Shown here: one piece after another, positions 26,009-38,103 of the stretch
Position numbering within the stretch: the first letter of the stretch is position 1
Layout of the letters: each line of letters opens with the position of its first letter
NCBI RefSeq assembly: GCF_964213995.1
Contig: NC_135816.1
Location: 10,974,001 to 11,038,000 of the forward strand
Reading direction: 5' to 3'
DNA: 64,000 nucleotides
Source of the DNA: Mustelus asterias
Taxonomy: Eukaryota
Notes under the pieces: generated by a model
Database searches by the model: none
The model's input: only the letters and a program-made list of their open reading frames with translations
Told to the model about the DNA's origin: nothing
Program-made: the position numbers and the translations under genes

Positions 26009-28448
26009 TAAACAAAGTTCCTGCAGCTCTTTCAACCCCCCAGTCCAGAAATCTGAGTGCGAAATCCAGGCTGGCACTCTCTATGCAGCATGGAGTGTGG
26101 CACAGTGGTTAGCACTGCTGCCTCACAGCGCCAGGGACCCGGCTTGATTCCCAGCTGTCTGTGCGGAGTCTGCACGTTCTCCCCGTGGTTCCCTCCGGGC
26201 GCTCCGGTTTCCTCCCACAGTCCAAAGATGTGCAGGTTAGGTGGTCTGGCCGTGCTAAATTGCCCCTTAGTGTCAGAGGAGTTGGCCTTGTAAATGCATG
26301 GGGTTACAGGGGCTCGGGTCTGGGTGGGTCTTGGTGCAAGCTCGATGGGCCGAATGGCCTCCTTCTGCGTTTGTAATGGTTCTGAAAGATCCCAACGCCA
26401 CTGTTTCGAAAAGCGGGGGCGTTCTGTCTGTTGTCCTGTGACCTTTACCATCTAGAAGGACAAGGGCAGCAGACACACGGGGAGCACCACCAGCTGGAAG
26501 TTCCCCTCCGAGCCACTCACCATCCTGACTTGGAAATGTATCGGCCGTTCCTTCACTGTCACTGGGTCAAAATCCTGAAAATCCCTCCCCAACAGCATTG
26601 TGGGTGTACCTACACCACGTGGACTGCAGGGGTTCAAGAAGGCGGCTCACCACCAACTTCTGAAGGGGCAGTTAGGGAGGGGCAATAAATGCTGGCCTCT
26701 GCCAGTGACTCTCACGGCCCATGAAGGGAATAAAAAATCCTTTCAGCCACTATCGCTATCTGTTCATTATCCACACTGGTGTTTGTGGGATCTTGCTGTG
26801 CACAGATTGGCTGCTGCATTTCCTGCATTATAACAGTGACTGCACTTCAGAAGGTATTTCACTATAATGTGTGTTGGGAGTCTCCTAGGTGGTGGAAAGC
26901 GCTATATAAATGCACAGTCTTCATTCCCTATATCATCATTCAACAGTGATTGAAATATAAAATTCTTGCTCATTCAGGTAACACATAGACAGAGGTGTTG
27001 TGAGTTCACCACAGCAGGGGATTTGATCATCAGATGGTAATCAGCATCTTATTTCAAACACATTTTCTCCCAGTTCAATGCTCTCCTGGCCAACGTCCCA
27101 TCAACCACCATCTGTCAACTCGAGATCATTCAGAACATAGAAACCTAGAAACTAGAAGCATTGAACTGGAGGCGTTGCAGAGGAGATTCACCAGGATGCT
27201 GCCTGGGATGGAACATTGAAGTTATGAAGAGGGGTTGGATAGGCTGGGGTTGTTTTCTCTGGAGTAGAGAAGACTGAGGGGCGACCTGATCGAGGTGTAC
27301 AAGATTATGAGAGACATGGAGAGAGTGGATAAGGGGCAGCTGTTCCCCTTAGTTGAAGGGTCAGTCACAAGGGGACATAGGTTCACGGTGAGGGGCAGGA
27401 GGTTCTGGGGGGATATGAGGAAAAACCTTTTTAACCCAGAGGGTGGTGAGGGTCTGGAATGCGCTGCCTGGGAGGGTGGTGGAGGCGGGTTGCCTCACAT
27501 CCTTTAAAAAGTATCTGGATGAGCACTTGGTACCATCATAACATTCAGGGCTATGGGCCAAGTGCTGGAGGATGGTATTAGGTGGGAGTTCAGATGTTTC
27601 TAATGTGTCGGTGCAGACTCGATGGGCCGAAGAGCCTCTTCTGTGCAAAGATGTGCGGGTTAGGTTGATTGGCCAGGTTAAAAATTGTCCCTTAGAGTCC
27701 TGGGATGCATAGGTTAGAGGGATTAGCAGGTAAATATGTGGGGGTAGGGCCTGGGTGGGATTGTGGTCGGTGCAGACTCGATGGGCCGAATGGCCTCCTT
27801 CTGCACTGTCGGGCTTCTATGATTTCTATGATTTCTGCGCTCTATGATTCTATGAGTCGGCCATTCGGCCCTTCAAGCCTGCTCCACCATTCATTTTGAT
27901 CATGGCTGATCATCGAATTCAATATCCTGATTCCCCCCTTCCTCCCATATCCCTTGGTCCCTTTAGCCCCAAGAGCTATATCTAATTTCTTCTTGAAATC
28001 ACACAGCGTTTTGGCCTCAGCTACTTTCTGTGGGAGTGAATTCCACACATTCACCACCCTCCGGGCGAAGAAATTTCTCCTCACCTCAGTTCTAAAAGGT
28101 TATCCTTACCTCAAACTATGACCCTTCGTTCTGGACTCCCCCCACCATTGGGAACATTCTTTCTGAATCTACCCTGTCTAACCCTGTTAGAATTTTATAA
28201 GTTTCTATGAGATCTCCTCTCACACTCTCTCTCCTCCTTTAAGATGCTCCTGAGAGAACTTCATCTTTGAACAAGCTTTTGGTCGCCTGTCCTAATATCT
28301 GCTTATGATTGTCATCTTCATGGTCCTGGGAAGTAGACTGGGACGTGTTGGTGTGTTTAAAGACTGTCAAGTTGTTGCTTGGCTGCAACTGCAGTGCTGT
28401 CAGCTACAGGCAGATGGCACCAACATCAAATCCTTGGAGCTCCCAATG

Positions 28449-28529
28449 ATTGGCTATTGTGCAGCTCACTAGTTGCCGGGTAGAGGTCTGTGCTTGAGGT
28501 TGTGTTTTGTGGAACCAGGTGACAGAAGC
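28449..28529 (-). promoter_or_regulatory. Candidate S-X1-X2-Y module M2 (X2 degenerate)
   Basis: Plus strand reads ATTGG-CTATTGTG-CAGCTCA-CTA-GTTGCCGGGT; aligns to M1 without gaps. Confidence 0.5.
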
Positions 28530-29403
28530 TCAGCCGACATGGAATCATTGCATGGTTCCACCACAAAAGGAGGCCGTTCGGCCCATTGTGTCCAAGCCAG
28601 CTCTCTAAGAGCTACTAAACCACAGGCACATCTCCCCTACCCTCTCACCTTTTCCCCCATGGCGATGCAAAGAAACTTCTCCACAGATAGTACAAAATAT
28701 CTACTTCATTTTCCAGCTCAACAACAATCACTGCATTTGAGAGTAATTAACTGTGTTTGCTGGACTGTGGATCGTGAAAATATATTTTGATTTGATTTAT
28801 TATTGTCACATGTATTAGCATCCAGTGTAAAGTGTTGTTTCTTGCTCACTATACAGACAAAGCATACCGTTCATAGAGAACAGTAAGTAGTCTCACAACA
28901 CCAGGTTAAGGAAAGGAGAGAGTGCAGAATGCAGTGTTACAGTCACAGCTAGGGTGCGGAGAAAGACCAACTTAATGCAAGGTAGGTCCATTCAAAAGTC
29001 TGATGGCAGCAGGGGATGTGGGTGTCGCTGGCTGGGCAATGACCTCACCCCTAATTGCCCTCCATTTCAGAGGGGTATTCAGAGTCAACCACATTGCCAT
29101 GGCTCTGGAGTCACATGTAGGCCAGACCAGGTAAGGACGGCAGATTTCCTTCCCTGCAGGACAGATGGGTTTTTACGACAATCGACAGTGGTTTCATGGT
29201 TATCAGTAGACTCTTAATTCCAGAATCCCTCCATGGCTTCTCTCTGGTCTCCTCCAGCTCCACAAACATCTGAGATGTCTGTGCTCTTACAACCCTGGCC
29301 TAGTGACCACCCCCGATTCTAATTGCTGCACCACTGACGGCCATGTCTTCAGTTGCCTGGATACGAAACTCTGAAATTCCTAAATCTCTGCAACTCTCTG
29401 CAT

Positions 29404-29526
29404 GGGATTTTCCGGCTGCATTCGTCCCAAGACCGGAAAATCCTACCCGAGGTCAATGGACCTTAGCATGGTCCATGTTCCGCCTGCTACAATTCCCGCG
29501 ACGGGCGAGATGGGAAAATTCCGCCC
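29404..29526. mobile_element. Short MITE-like element. Related copies at ~45266-45393, 51768-51972 and 56989-57101
   Basis: Terminal inverted repeats GGG(CGG)ATTTTCC...GGAAAATTCCGCCC; three of the copies share an internal AGGTCAA. Confidence 0.6.
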
Positions 29527-29754
29527 TTTATCTCTCTATCCTTAGGGTGCTCCTTAAAACCTCTTTGCGCACCTTTCTAACGCTGCCCTATTTTTTTCGT
29601 TATGCTCTTGTGACGTAGATTGGGCTATGTGGTGCTAAAGATGCTATCGAGATGCGAGTTGTTGTTGTTTGGCTCTGGCTGCAGTGCCGGCAGCTACAGG
29701 CAGGTGGCACCAGCATCAAACCCTGGGCACGCAAAGCCCAAATGCTCAACACTG

Positions 29755-29835
29755 ATTGGCTGTTGTGTGACTCACTAGTTGCTGGGTAGAGGCCTCTCCT
29801 GGCAGTTGTGTTTTGCAGAATCAGGTGACAGAAAC
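29755..29835 (-). promoter_or_regulatory. Candidate X1-X2-Y module M3
   Basis: Plus strand reads CTGATTGG-CTGTTGTG-TGACTCA-CTA-GTTGCTGGGT; includes a full Y-box CTGATTGGCT. Confidence 0.6.
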
Positions 29836-32800
29836 TTAAACCAACATTCCACACAAAAGCAGAAGATGCCGAACTCTTGCTCAGAACTCTTGATCCCTCC
29901 AAGGCCTCTGATTCGTCACATTGCTTATCCAATAGGCAGACGAACATACATTTCCTCCAATTAAATACCGGGAAGACCGAAGGCAATGTTTTCAGTCCCC
30001 GCTCCCAACTCCACCCTCATAGAACCATCAAATCCCGACAGCACAGAAGAAGGCATTCGGCCCATCGAGTCTGCGCCGACTCTCTATTTTACCCAGGTCA
30101 TCGCCGCTGCCCTATCCCCACACATTTACCATGGCTAATCCTCCTAACCTACACACCTTGGGACACAATTTAGCACGGCCAATCCACCTAACCCATACAT
30201 CTTTGGACGGTGGGGGGAAACCGGAGCATCCGGAACAAACCCACGCAGACACGGGGAGAATGTGCAGACTCTGCACAGACAGTGATCTGAGACTGGAATT
30301 GAACCTGGGACCCTGGCTTTGAGAGGCAGCAGTGCTAACCCACTGTGCCACCCCAGTTTCTCCCCGGCAACTGTGCAAGCCCCACACCAAACTGTCTGCA
30401 ATATTGGTGTCATATGTGATCCCGAGATGAGATTCCGACCACATGTCTGCACCGTACTACCAACCCGACCAACCTCCAGAATACTTTACTCCTGCCTCAT
30501 CCCATCTGCCGTCAACCCTCAGCCATGCCGTTGTTATCCCTAGTAATCTTGGATTTCCACTCCATCTGACGAAGGAGCAGCGCTCCGAAAGCTAATGGTA
30601 TTTGCTACCAAATAAACCTGTTGGAATTTAATCTGGTGGTGTTAAAACTCTTACTGTGTTTACCCCAGTCCAACGCCGGCATCTCCACATCAAAAGAAAG
30701 GGCAGCATGGACAAGTTGGGCCGAAGGGCCTGTTTCCATGCTGTAAACCTCTATGACTCTATGACATCGTTGTTATCCTTAGACAGGTCTCCCACATTCT
30801 GCCCCCCACAAACCTGAGGCCAAATCTCTGCTGCCCCAGCCCTAACTCATATCAAATCCCTTCCCCCTATCACCAACCACCCCCCCCCCCCCGCCCCCCC
30901 CCGGGCTCGCTCACCTACCGTGGCCTCCGGTGAGGCAATGCCCTGATTTTAAAATTCTCATCCCTGCTTCAGACGGAGAAAATCATATTTTTATCACTCA
31001 GAGGGTTGTGCAACTTTGGAACTCTCTGCCTCGGAAGGCAGTGGAGCGTGGGGTCACTGGATATATTTAAGGCGGAGGTCGATAGATTCTTGTTTGGGAA
31101 TGAAATGTTATCAGGTGTTGGATGGGAATGTGGAATTCGAAACGTAAACTGATGAGCCATGACTGTATTGTGGGGTAGAACAGGCTCGAGGAGCCGAGTG
31201 GCTCTGATTCCGTCTGTTCATATGTGGAAAATCCTTCCATAGTCTCACCCCTCCTGATCTCTACAATTTCCCCCAGCCCTCCCACCATCTGCACTCCTCT
31301 AACTCTGGCTTCTCTCTAGTTGTTCCAGCATTGGAGGCCATGTCTACTGTTGACGAGCTTGCTTAGAACTTAACTCGTCGAGCTTAGAACGTAACTCTTT
31401 GACCAAGCTGGTCTGACCTAATTATCTCCATGTGTGAGACTCAGCAGCGTTTGTTTGGTGAAGATGCTGTGGAGTGCCTCAGGATACCAAAGGGGGCCAA
31501 GTAAATGCCAGGTTGTTGTTGTAATCGGGGCCACCTTCACTCACAGCACGGCAGTGAGCAGCATTCTGCAAGGGAAAAAATAAAACCCTTTGTGGCTAAC
31601 CGCTCTGGGACATGGATGTGAAACTTGGGAAGGAAACAAGTTCCTCTTTCAGTGTCTGAAGGCACTGACTTCGTGTTTTCCTTTCCATGGGTGGCGAACA
31701 CCTCGTGTAGCGTGGCCATATTTCATGTGTGTATCTCCGACCCGCGGTGGTGGTGGTGGGGCGAAGGGCGTGGGTTTTCAGGAACTATTCCTCTTGAGTA
31801 GGTGACACTCCATGTGGATGGAGAACATTCCATAGAAACATAGAAACTAAAAGCAGGAGTAGGATATTCGGCCCATCAAGCCCCCTCCACCTTTCATTAT
31901 GATCATGGCTGATCATTAAATTCAATATCCTGATCCCCCCCTTCCCCCCATACCCCTTGATCCCTTTAGCCCCAACAGCTATATCTAAGGGTTTCTTGAA
32001 ATCAGACAACATTTTGGCCTCAATTACATTCTGTGGTAGTGAATTCCACACATTCACCAACCTCTGGGTGAATAAATTTCTCCTCACCTCAGTTCTAAAA
32101 GGTTTACCCCCTTATCCTCAAACTATGACCCCTAGAGCTGGACACCCCCACCATTGGAAACATTCTTTCTGAATCTACCCTGTCTAACCCTGTTAGAATT
32201 TTATAAGTTTCCATGAGATTCCCTCTCACTCTTCTAAACTCCAGTGAATATAATCTTAACCGACTTAGTCACTCCTCATATGACAGACCTGCCATCCCAG
32301 GAATCAGTCTGGTAAACCTTCGCCGTTCTCCCTCTATAGCAAGGACATCCTTCTTCAGATAAGTACACCAGAACTGCACATAATACCCCAGGTGTGGCCT
32401 CACCAATATCCTATAGAATTGTAGCAAAACATCCCTATCCCGATACTCAAATCCTCTCGCTATGAAGACCAACATACCATTTGCCTTCTTTACTGCCTGC
32501 TGCACCTGCGTGCTTACTTTCAGCGACTGATAGATGAGGACTCCTGCTGTACCTCCGCACTTCCAAATCCGGAGCAATGTCCTGACCACCACCCTACTCA
32601 GCTGGTCCTTGGCTGTTCAAGAATGTGGCTCACCTTCTCAGGGCAATCAGGCTTTGGGCAACAAATGCTGGCCTTGCCAGTGATGCTCACATTACATTCA
32701 GGAATAAAGCAAAAGGAACTCGGCTGATCTTTTCTAAATCTCCAGTTCCCCCCTTCCCCCCCCCATCCCCCACCGCCCCCACCTCCCCCTACCGCTCCCC

Positions 32801-33675
32801 CCCCCCCCCCCCTAGTCTGACACCACCCTGAATAGTCATAGCAAGCTGTTTGATCTTTGTCACAAAGTTTTACAGCACAAAAAGAGGCCCTTTGGCCCAT
32901 CCTGGGAGTTCCCACCCACCCCTTCTTATTAAAGATACATTCCATCAGGTACCACAGGGGGATTTGAACCCGTGTCCTCAGAGCACTGACCTGGCCCAGT
33001 GACACTCACACTGCACCATTCTCTCTATTTAATTATAGAATCATAGAATCTCTACAGTGCCGAAGGGGTCCACTCTCCAGTAAAGTATCTTTCCCAGGCT
33101 AACACCCACCCGATCCCCATAAACCCACGCATTTCCCATGGCTAATCCCCTTAACCTACACATCTTTGGACACTAAGGGGCAATTTAGCATGGCCAATCC
33201 ACCCAGAGAAAGGAAGGAAATCATTTAAAATTCAAGCCAGGCCATTCAGAGGTGATGTCAGAGAGAACATCCTCATACGAAGGGTAATGGGAATCTGGAA
33301 CTCTCTCCCCAGCCAAGCTGTGGGAGTCCGTTTTCACGTAGACATTTCCAAACTAACTTTGGGAAGAGTTTTGTGGGGGCGGGTACTAAGGTTTGTGAAT
33401 GCAGTTAAAACTCAGATCAGCTTTAATCTAACTGTATGATGTAACAGTCTGAAAAGGGGCTGAATGGCCTCTTCCTGTTCCTATTTCTATAACCAACTAA
33501 TTCCAGGCTGTTTTACTGAATAGCAGGCAACTGAAAGGAGACAACGTCAGAGATAAGTATTGGCACAGAGCCCCGAACCCAGAGACTGACTTGTTCTTGT
33601 GTAAACTTGCTCAGTTTCACATCTGCTCTGAGACAAACCAATAATGAGGACAGGAATCCCGACGGGAGAATATCT

Positions 33676-33755
33676 ATTGGCTGCCCAGTGACTCACTAGT
33701 TGTCAGGGAAAGGTTTGCAGTTGAGCCCATGTTTTGCAGATTACTTGACAGTGAG
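33676..33755 (-). promoter_or_regulatory. Candidate S-X1-X2-Y module M4
   Basis: Plus strand reads ATTGG-CTGCCCAG-TGACTCA-CTA-GTTGTCAGGG. Confidence 0.55.
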
Positions 33756-33851
33756 CCAGAACTGCACAATGCAGATTACAGTTCAACACAGCAGGCCCAG
33801 ACGTCACTCCCATTCAAGAGTTCTTGAAATCTGAGGCTGACTATCACAATG

Positions 33852-35625
33852 CAGTACTGAGGGAGTGCTGCACTGTCAGAGGGTCAGTGCTGAGGGAGTG
33901 CTGCACTGTCAGAGGGTCAGTGCTGAGGGAGTGCTGCACTGTAAGAGGGTCAGTACTGAGGTAGTGTTGCACTGTCAGAGGGTCAGTACTGAGGGAGTGC
34001 CGCACAGTCAGAGGGTCAGTACTGAGGGAGTGCTGCACTGTCAGAGAGTCAGGACTGAGGGAGTGCTGCACTGTCAGAGGGGTAGTACTGAGGGAGTGCT
34101 GCACTGTCAGAGGGTCAGTACTGAGGGAGTGCTGCACTGTAAGAGGGTCAGTACTGAGGTAGTGTTGCACTGTCAGAGGGTCAGTACTGAGGGAGGGCTG
34201 CACTGTCAGAGAGTCAGGACTGAGGGAGTGCCGCACTGTCAGAGGGTCAGTACTGAGGGAGTGCTGCACTGTCAGAGGGTCTGTACTGAGGGAGTGCCGC
34301 ACAGTCAGAGGGTCAGTACTGAGGGAGTGCTGCACTGTCAGAGGGTCAGTACTGAGGGAGTGCTGCACTGTGAGAGGAACAGCACTGAGGGAGTGCTGCA
34401 CTGTCAGAGGGTCAGTACTGAGGGAGTGCTGCACTGTCAGAGGGCCAGTACTGAGGGAGTGCTGCACTGTCAGAGGGGCAGTACTGAAGGAGTGCTGCAC
34501 TGTCAGAGGGTCAGTACTGAGGGAGTGCTGCACTGTCAGAGGGTCAGTACTGAGGGAGTGCTGCACTGTCAGAGAGTCAGGACTGAGGGAGTGCTGCACT
34601 GTCAGACGGGTAGTACTGAGGGAATGCTGCACTGTAAGAGGGTCAGTACTGAAGGAGTGCTGCACTGTCAGAGGGTCAGTACTGAGGGAGTGCTGCACTG
34701 TCAGAGGGTCAGTACTGAGGGAGTGCTGCACTGTGAGAGGAACAGCACTGACGGAGTGCTGCACTGTCAGAGGGTCAGTACTGAGGGAGTGCTGCACTGT
34801 CAGAGGGTCAGTACTGAGGGAGTGCTGCACTGTCAGAGGGTCAGTACTGAGGGAGTGCTGCACTGTCAGAGGGGCGGTACTGAGGGAGTGCTGCACTGTC
34901 AGAGGGTCAGTACTGAGGGAGTGCTGCACTGTCAGAGGGTCAGTGCTGAGGGAGTGCTGCACTGTCAGAGGGTCAGTACTGAGGGAATGCTGCACTGTCA
35001 GAGGGTCAGTATTGAGCGAGTGCTGCACTGTCAGAGGGTCAGTACTGAGGGAGTGCTGCACTGTCAGAGGGGCAGTACTGAAGGAGTGCTGCACTGTCAG
35101 AGGGTCAGTACTGAGGGAGCAGTGCACTGTCAGAGGGTCAGTACTGAGGGAGTGCTGCACTGTCAGAGGGTCAGTACTGAGGGAGTGCCGCACTATAAGA
35201 GGGTCAGTATTGAGCGAGTGCTGCACTGTCAGAGGGGCAGTACTGAGGGAGTGCTGCACTGTCAGAGGGTCAGTACTGAGGGAGTGCCGCACTATAAGAG
35301 GGTCAGTATTGAGCGAGTGCTGCACTGTCAGAGGGGCAGTACTGAGGGAGTGCTGCACTGTCAGAGGGGCAGTACTGAGGGAGTGCTGCACTGTTAGAGG
35401 GTCAGTACTGAGGGAGTGCTGCACGGTCAGAGGGTCAGTACTGAGGGAGTGCTGCACTATAAGAGGGTCAGTATTGAGCGAGTGCTGCACTGTCAGAGGG
35501 TCAGTACTGAGGGAGTGCTGCACGGTCAGAGGGTCAGTACTGAGGGAGTGCTGCACTGTTAGAGGGTCAGTACTGAGGGAGTGCTGCACTGTTAGAGGGT
35601 CAGTACTGAGGGAGTGCTGCACTGT
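33852..35625. repeat. 33-bp minisatellite (~54 copies) expanded within a DeuSINE/SacSINE1-like element
   Basis: Unit CAGTACTGAGGGAGTGCTGCACTGTCAGAGGGT gives an 11-aa periodicity in three ORFs; SINE-like sequence resumes at 35626 (ATGAGACATTAAACTGAG). Confidence 0.92.
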
Positions 35626-36598
35626 TGGAAGCGCAGCTTTCTTTTGCATGAGACATTAAACTGAGACCCAGTCAGCTCTCTCTGGTGGATGTATGAGGCC
35701 TCATGCTATTATTTCAAAGAGTAGGGGTGGAGGGTGGGGTGTTCCCTGCACGGTTCTGGGGTCAATTCCCCCTCACCCAACATCAGCAAAATAGATTATT
35801 TGAACATTATCATATTGGCGTTTGTGGGTGGCACAGTGGTTAGCACTGCTGCCTCACAGTGCCAGGGACCCGGGTTCGATTCCCGGCCTCGGGTCACTGT
35901 CTGTGTGGAGTCTGCACATTCTCCCCGTGTCCACGTGGGTTTCCTCCGGGTGCTCCAGTTTCCTCCCACAGTCCAAAGATGTGCGGGTTAGTTGCATTGG
36001 TCTTTGTAAATGTGTGGGGTTAAAGGGATGGGAGGTATATAAATGATTGGAAGGACTGAAGGTAAGGTTACGAAATTTGCTGATGACTCAAAGATAGGTA
36101 AGTAAATTATGAAGAGGATGTAAAGTGAGTGGACAAATTGTCAATTTTGGCAGGAAGAATAAAGAGAAGGTTATTAAAGGTTATTATTATACTTTATTAG
36201 TTACAAGTAGGCTTACATTATCAATGAAATGAAGTTACTGTGAAAATTCCCTAGTTGCCTAGTTGCGCCTGTTCGGGTTACACTGAGGGAGAATTTAGCA
36301 TGGCCAATCAACCTAACCCGCACATCTTTGGACTGTGGGAGGAAACCGGAGCACCCGGAGGAAACCCACGCAGACACGGGGAAAACGTGCAGACTCCACA
36401 CAGACAGTGACCCGAGCCAGGAATTGAATCTGGGTCCCTAGCGCTGTAGGGCAGCAGTGCTAACCACTGTGCCACCGTGTTGTCCTAACTGGTGAGAGGT
36501 GACAGAGCTTGTGGTGCAGAGGGATCTGGTTGTCCTAGTGCAGATATAGCAAATAATTAGGAAAGTGAACAATGTTTATTGTGAGGGGAATTTATCAC

Positions 36599-36861
36599 TG
36601 TGGTAGCGTGGCCCCTTTAATGGACGATCCTTTGCGGGCCAACTGATGAGGCTGGAAGAAATGGAGAGGGAGCTGATGAAGCTGGCCCAATTGGGAGCGA
36701 GGGAGCACATTCCCGGGACTGGAGGCTGCATTTGGAATTGGGGCATTTTCAGGTGTAGATCTGTATCATTGTGCTGTTAAACTCTTAGTTGCACAGTTCT
36801 TCTCAGTGAATGAATCCGTTAGTGTGTTACCAGCCACATCGAGTGGCCTCAAGTTAGTACA
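36599..36861 (+). mobile_element. Possible solo LTR inserted in a CR1 fragment
   Basis: TGT...ACA-bounded 263-bp segment that interrupts otherwise collinear CR1 sequence; no clear target-site duplication. Confidence 0.4.
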
Positions 36862-38022
36862 GTTGTAAAAGCAGGGAAGTTATGCTTCAGTTTTACAGGG
36901 CTTTGGGCAGATCACATCTGGAGCATTGTGTACAATACTGTCGACTTATCAAAGGAAAGATGTAAATGTGTTAGAAACAGTTCCTGGAAGGTTTACCAGA
37001 CTAATCCCAGGAATGTGTGGGTTGTCTTATGAGGAAAGGTTGGAGCGGTTAGGTTTATATCCATTAGAGTTTAGAAGAGTAAGAGGTGACTTGATGGAAA
37101 CCTTTAAGGTCCTGAGGGTTTTGTAATAGGGTGGATGTGGAGAGGATGTTTCCCCTTGTCAGAGAATCTGGAATTAGGGGTCACTGTTTAAAAATAAGGG
37201 GTGGCCCAATTAAGACCGAGATGAGGCAAAGCTTTTTCTCTCAGAGAGTCGTGACTCACTGGAACTCTCCTCCTCCAAAGGCAGCGGAAGCAGGGCCTTT
37301 GAATATTCTTTAAGCAGAGCTAGATAGATTCTTGATTCACAATGGGGTGAAAGGTTATCAGGGGTCGGCAGGAATGTGGGGTCAAAGTTACAATCAGATC
37401 AGCCATGATCTTATAGAATGGTGGAATGGGTTTGAGGGGCCGAGTGGCCTACTCCTGATTCGTATGTTCATAGAAGCCTACAGTGCAGAAGGAGGTCATT
37501 TGACCCATCGAGTCTGTACTGACTACAATCCCACCCAGACCCTATCCCCATAACCCCATGCATGTAGCCTAGCTAGTCCCCCTGACACTAAGGGCAATTC
37601 AGGATGGCCAAGCCACCCAACCTGCGCAGCTTTGGGGTGGTGGAGCCTCTTTTGGACCAGGAACATAAGGACAGATGGAGACAGTTCTGATCCTTGACTC
37701 CCTTTGACTCCCTACTGCCTCTCAATGGTCTCCAAGTCTCAGTTCCTTCCCTTCCTTACACATTGACTAAATCCTGAGCTCAGAAACACCCATTGCACAC
37801 AGCCCTCCCTCCGCAATCCGATTAGTCAGAGCTGTGCTGGTAATCAGCAACTGGGAAGAGGCAGGAAGATCTCCGCATTGTTGTCTCCCTGTATTTCAAT
37901 CCTCGAAGGCATCTCCAAAAGCCCCGATAATTTTCTTTCAGAAAACAAACTCAGTGATATCACAATCGTGGAGGGAGTGGGGGAGGGAGAAGGATCAAAT
38001 CACAGCAGCAAAGAAATCACTG

Positions 38023-38103
38023 GTTGGTCGCCAGTGTGTGAGTCAGCAGTTACCAAGCAAAGGTTGCTGTCTGAGGCTGAGTTTTTGGAGTGTCACGTGA
38101 CAA
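38023..38103 (-). promoter_or_regulatory. Diverged S-X1-X2 module M5 (Y box degenerate)
   Basis: Plus strand reads TGAGTCA-GCA-GTTACCAAGC-AAAGGTTGCTGTC-TGAGGCTG-AGTTTTTGG, collinear with M1-M4. Confidence 0.45.

Noticed and set aside
33852-35625. CRISPR-like periodic array
   Set aside because: Head-to-tail repeats with no unique spacers, no cas genes and a eukaryotic context.
33844-35659. ORFs of 601, 510 and 429 aa
   Set aside because: They arise from a 33-bp tandem repeat whose length is divisible by 3 and are open on both strands; no gene context.
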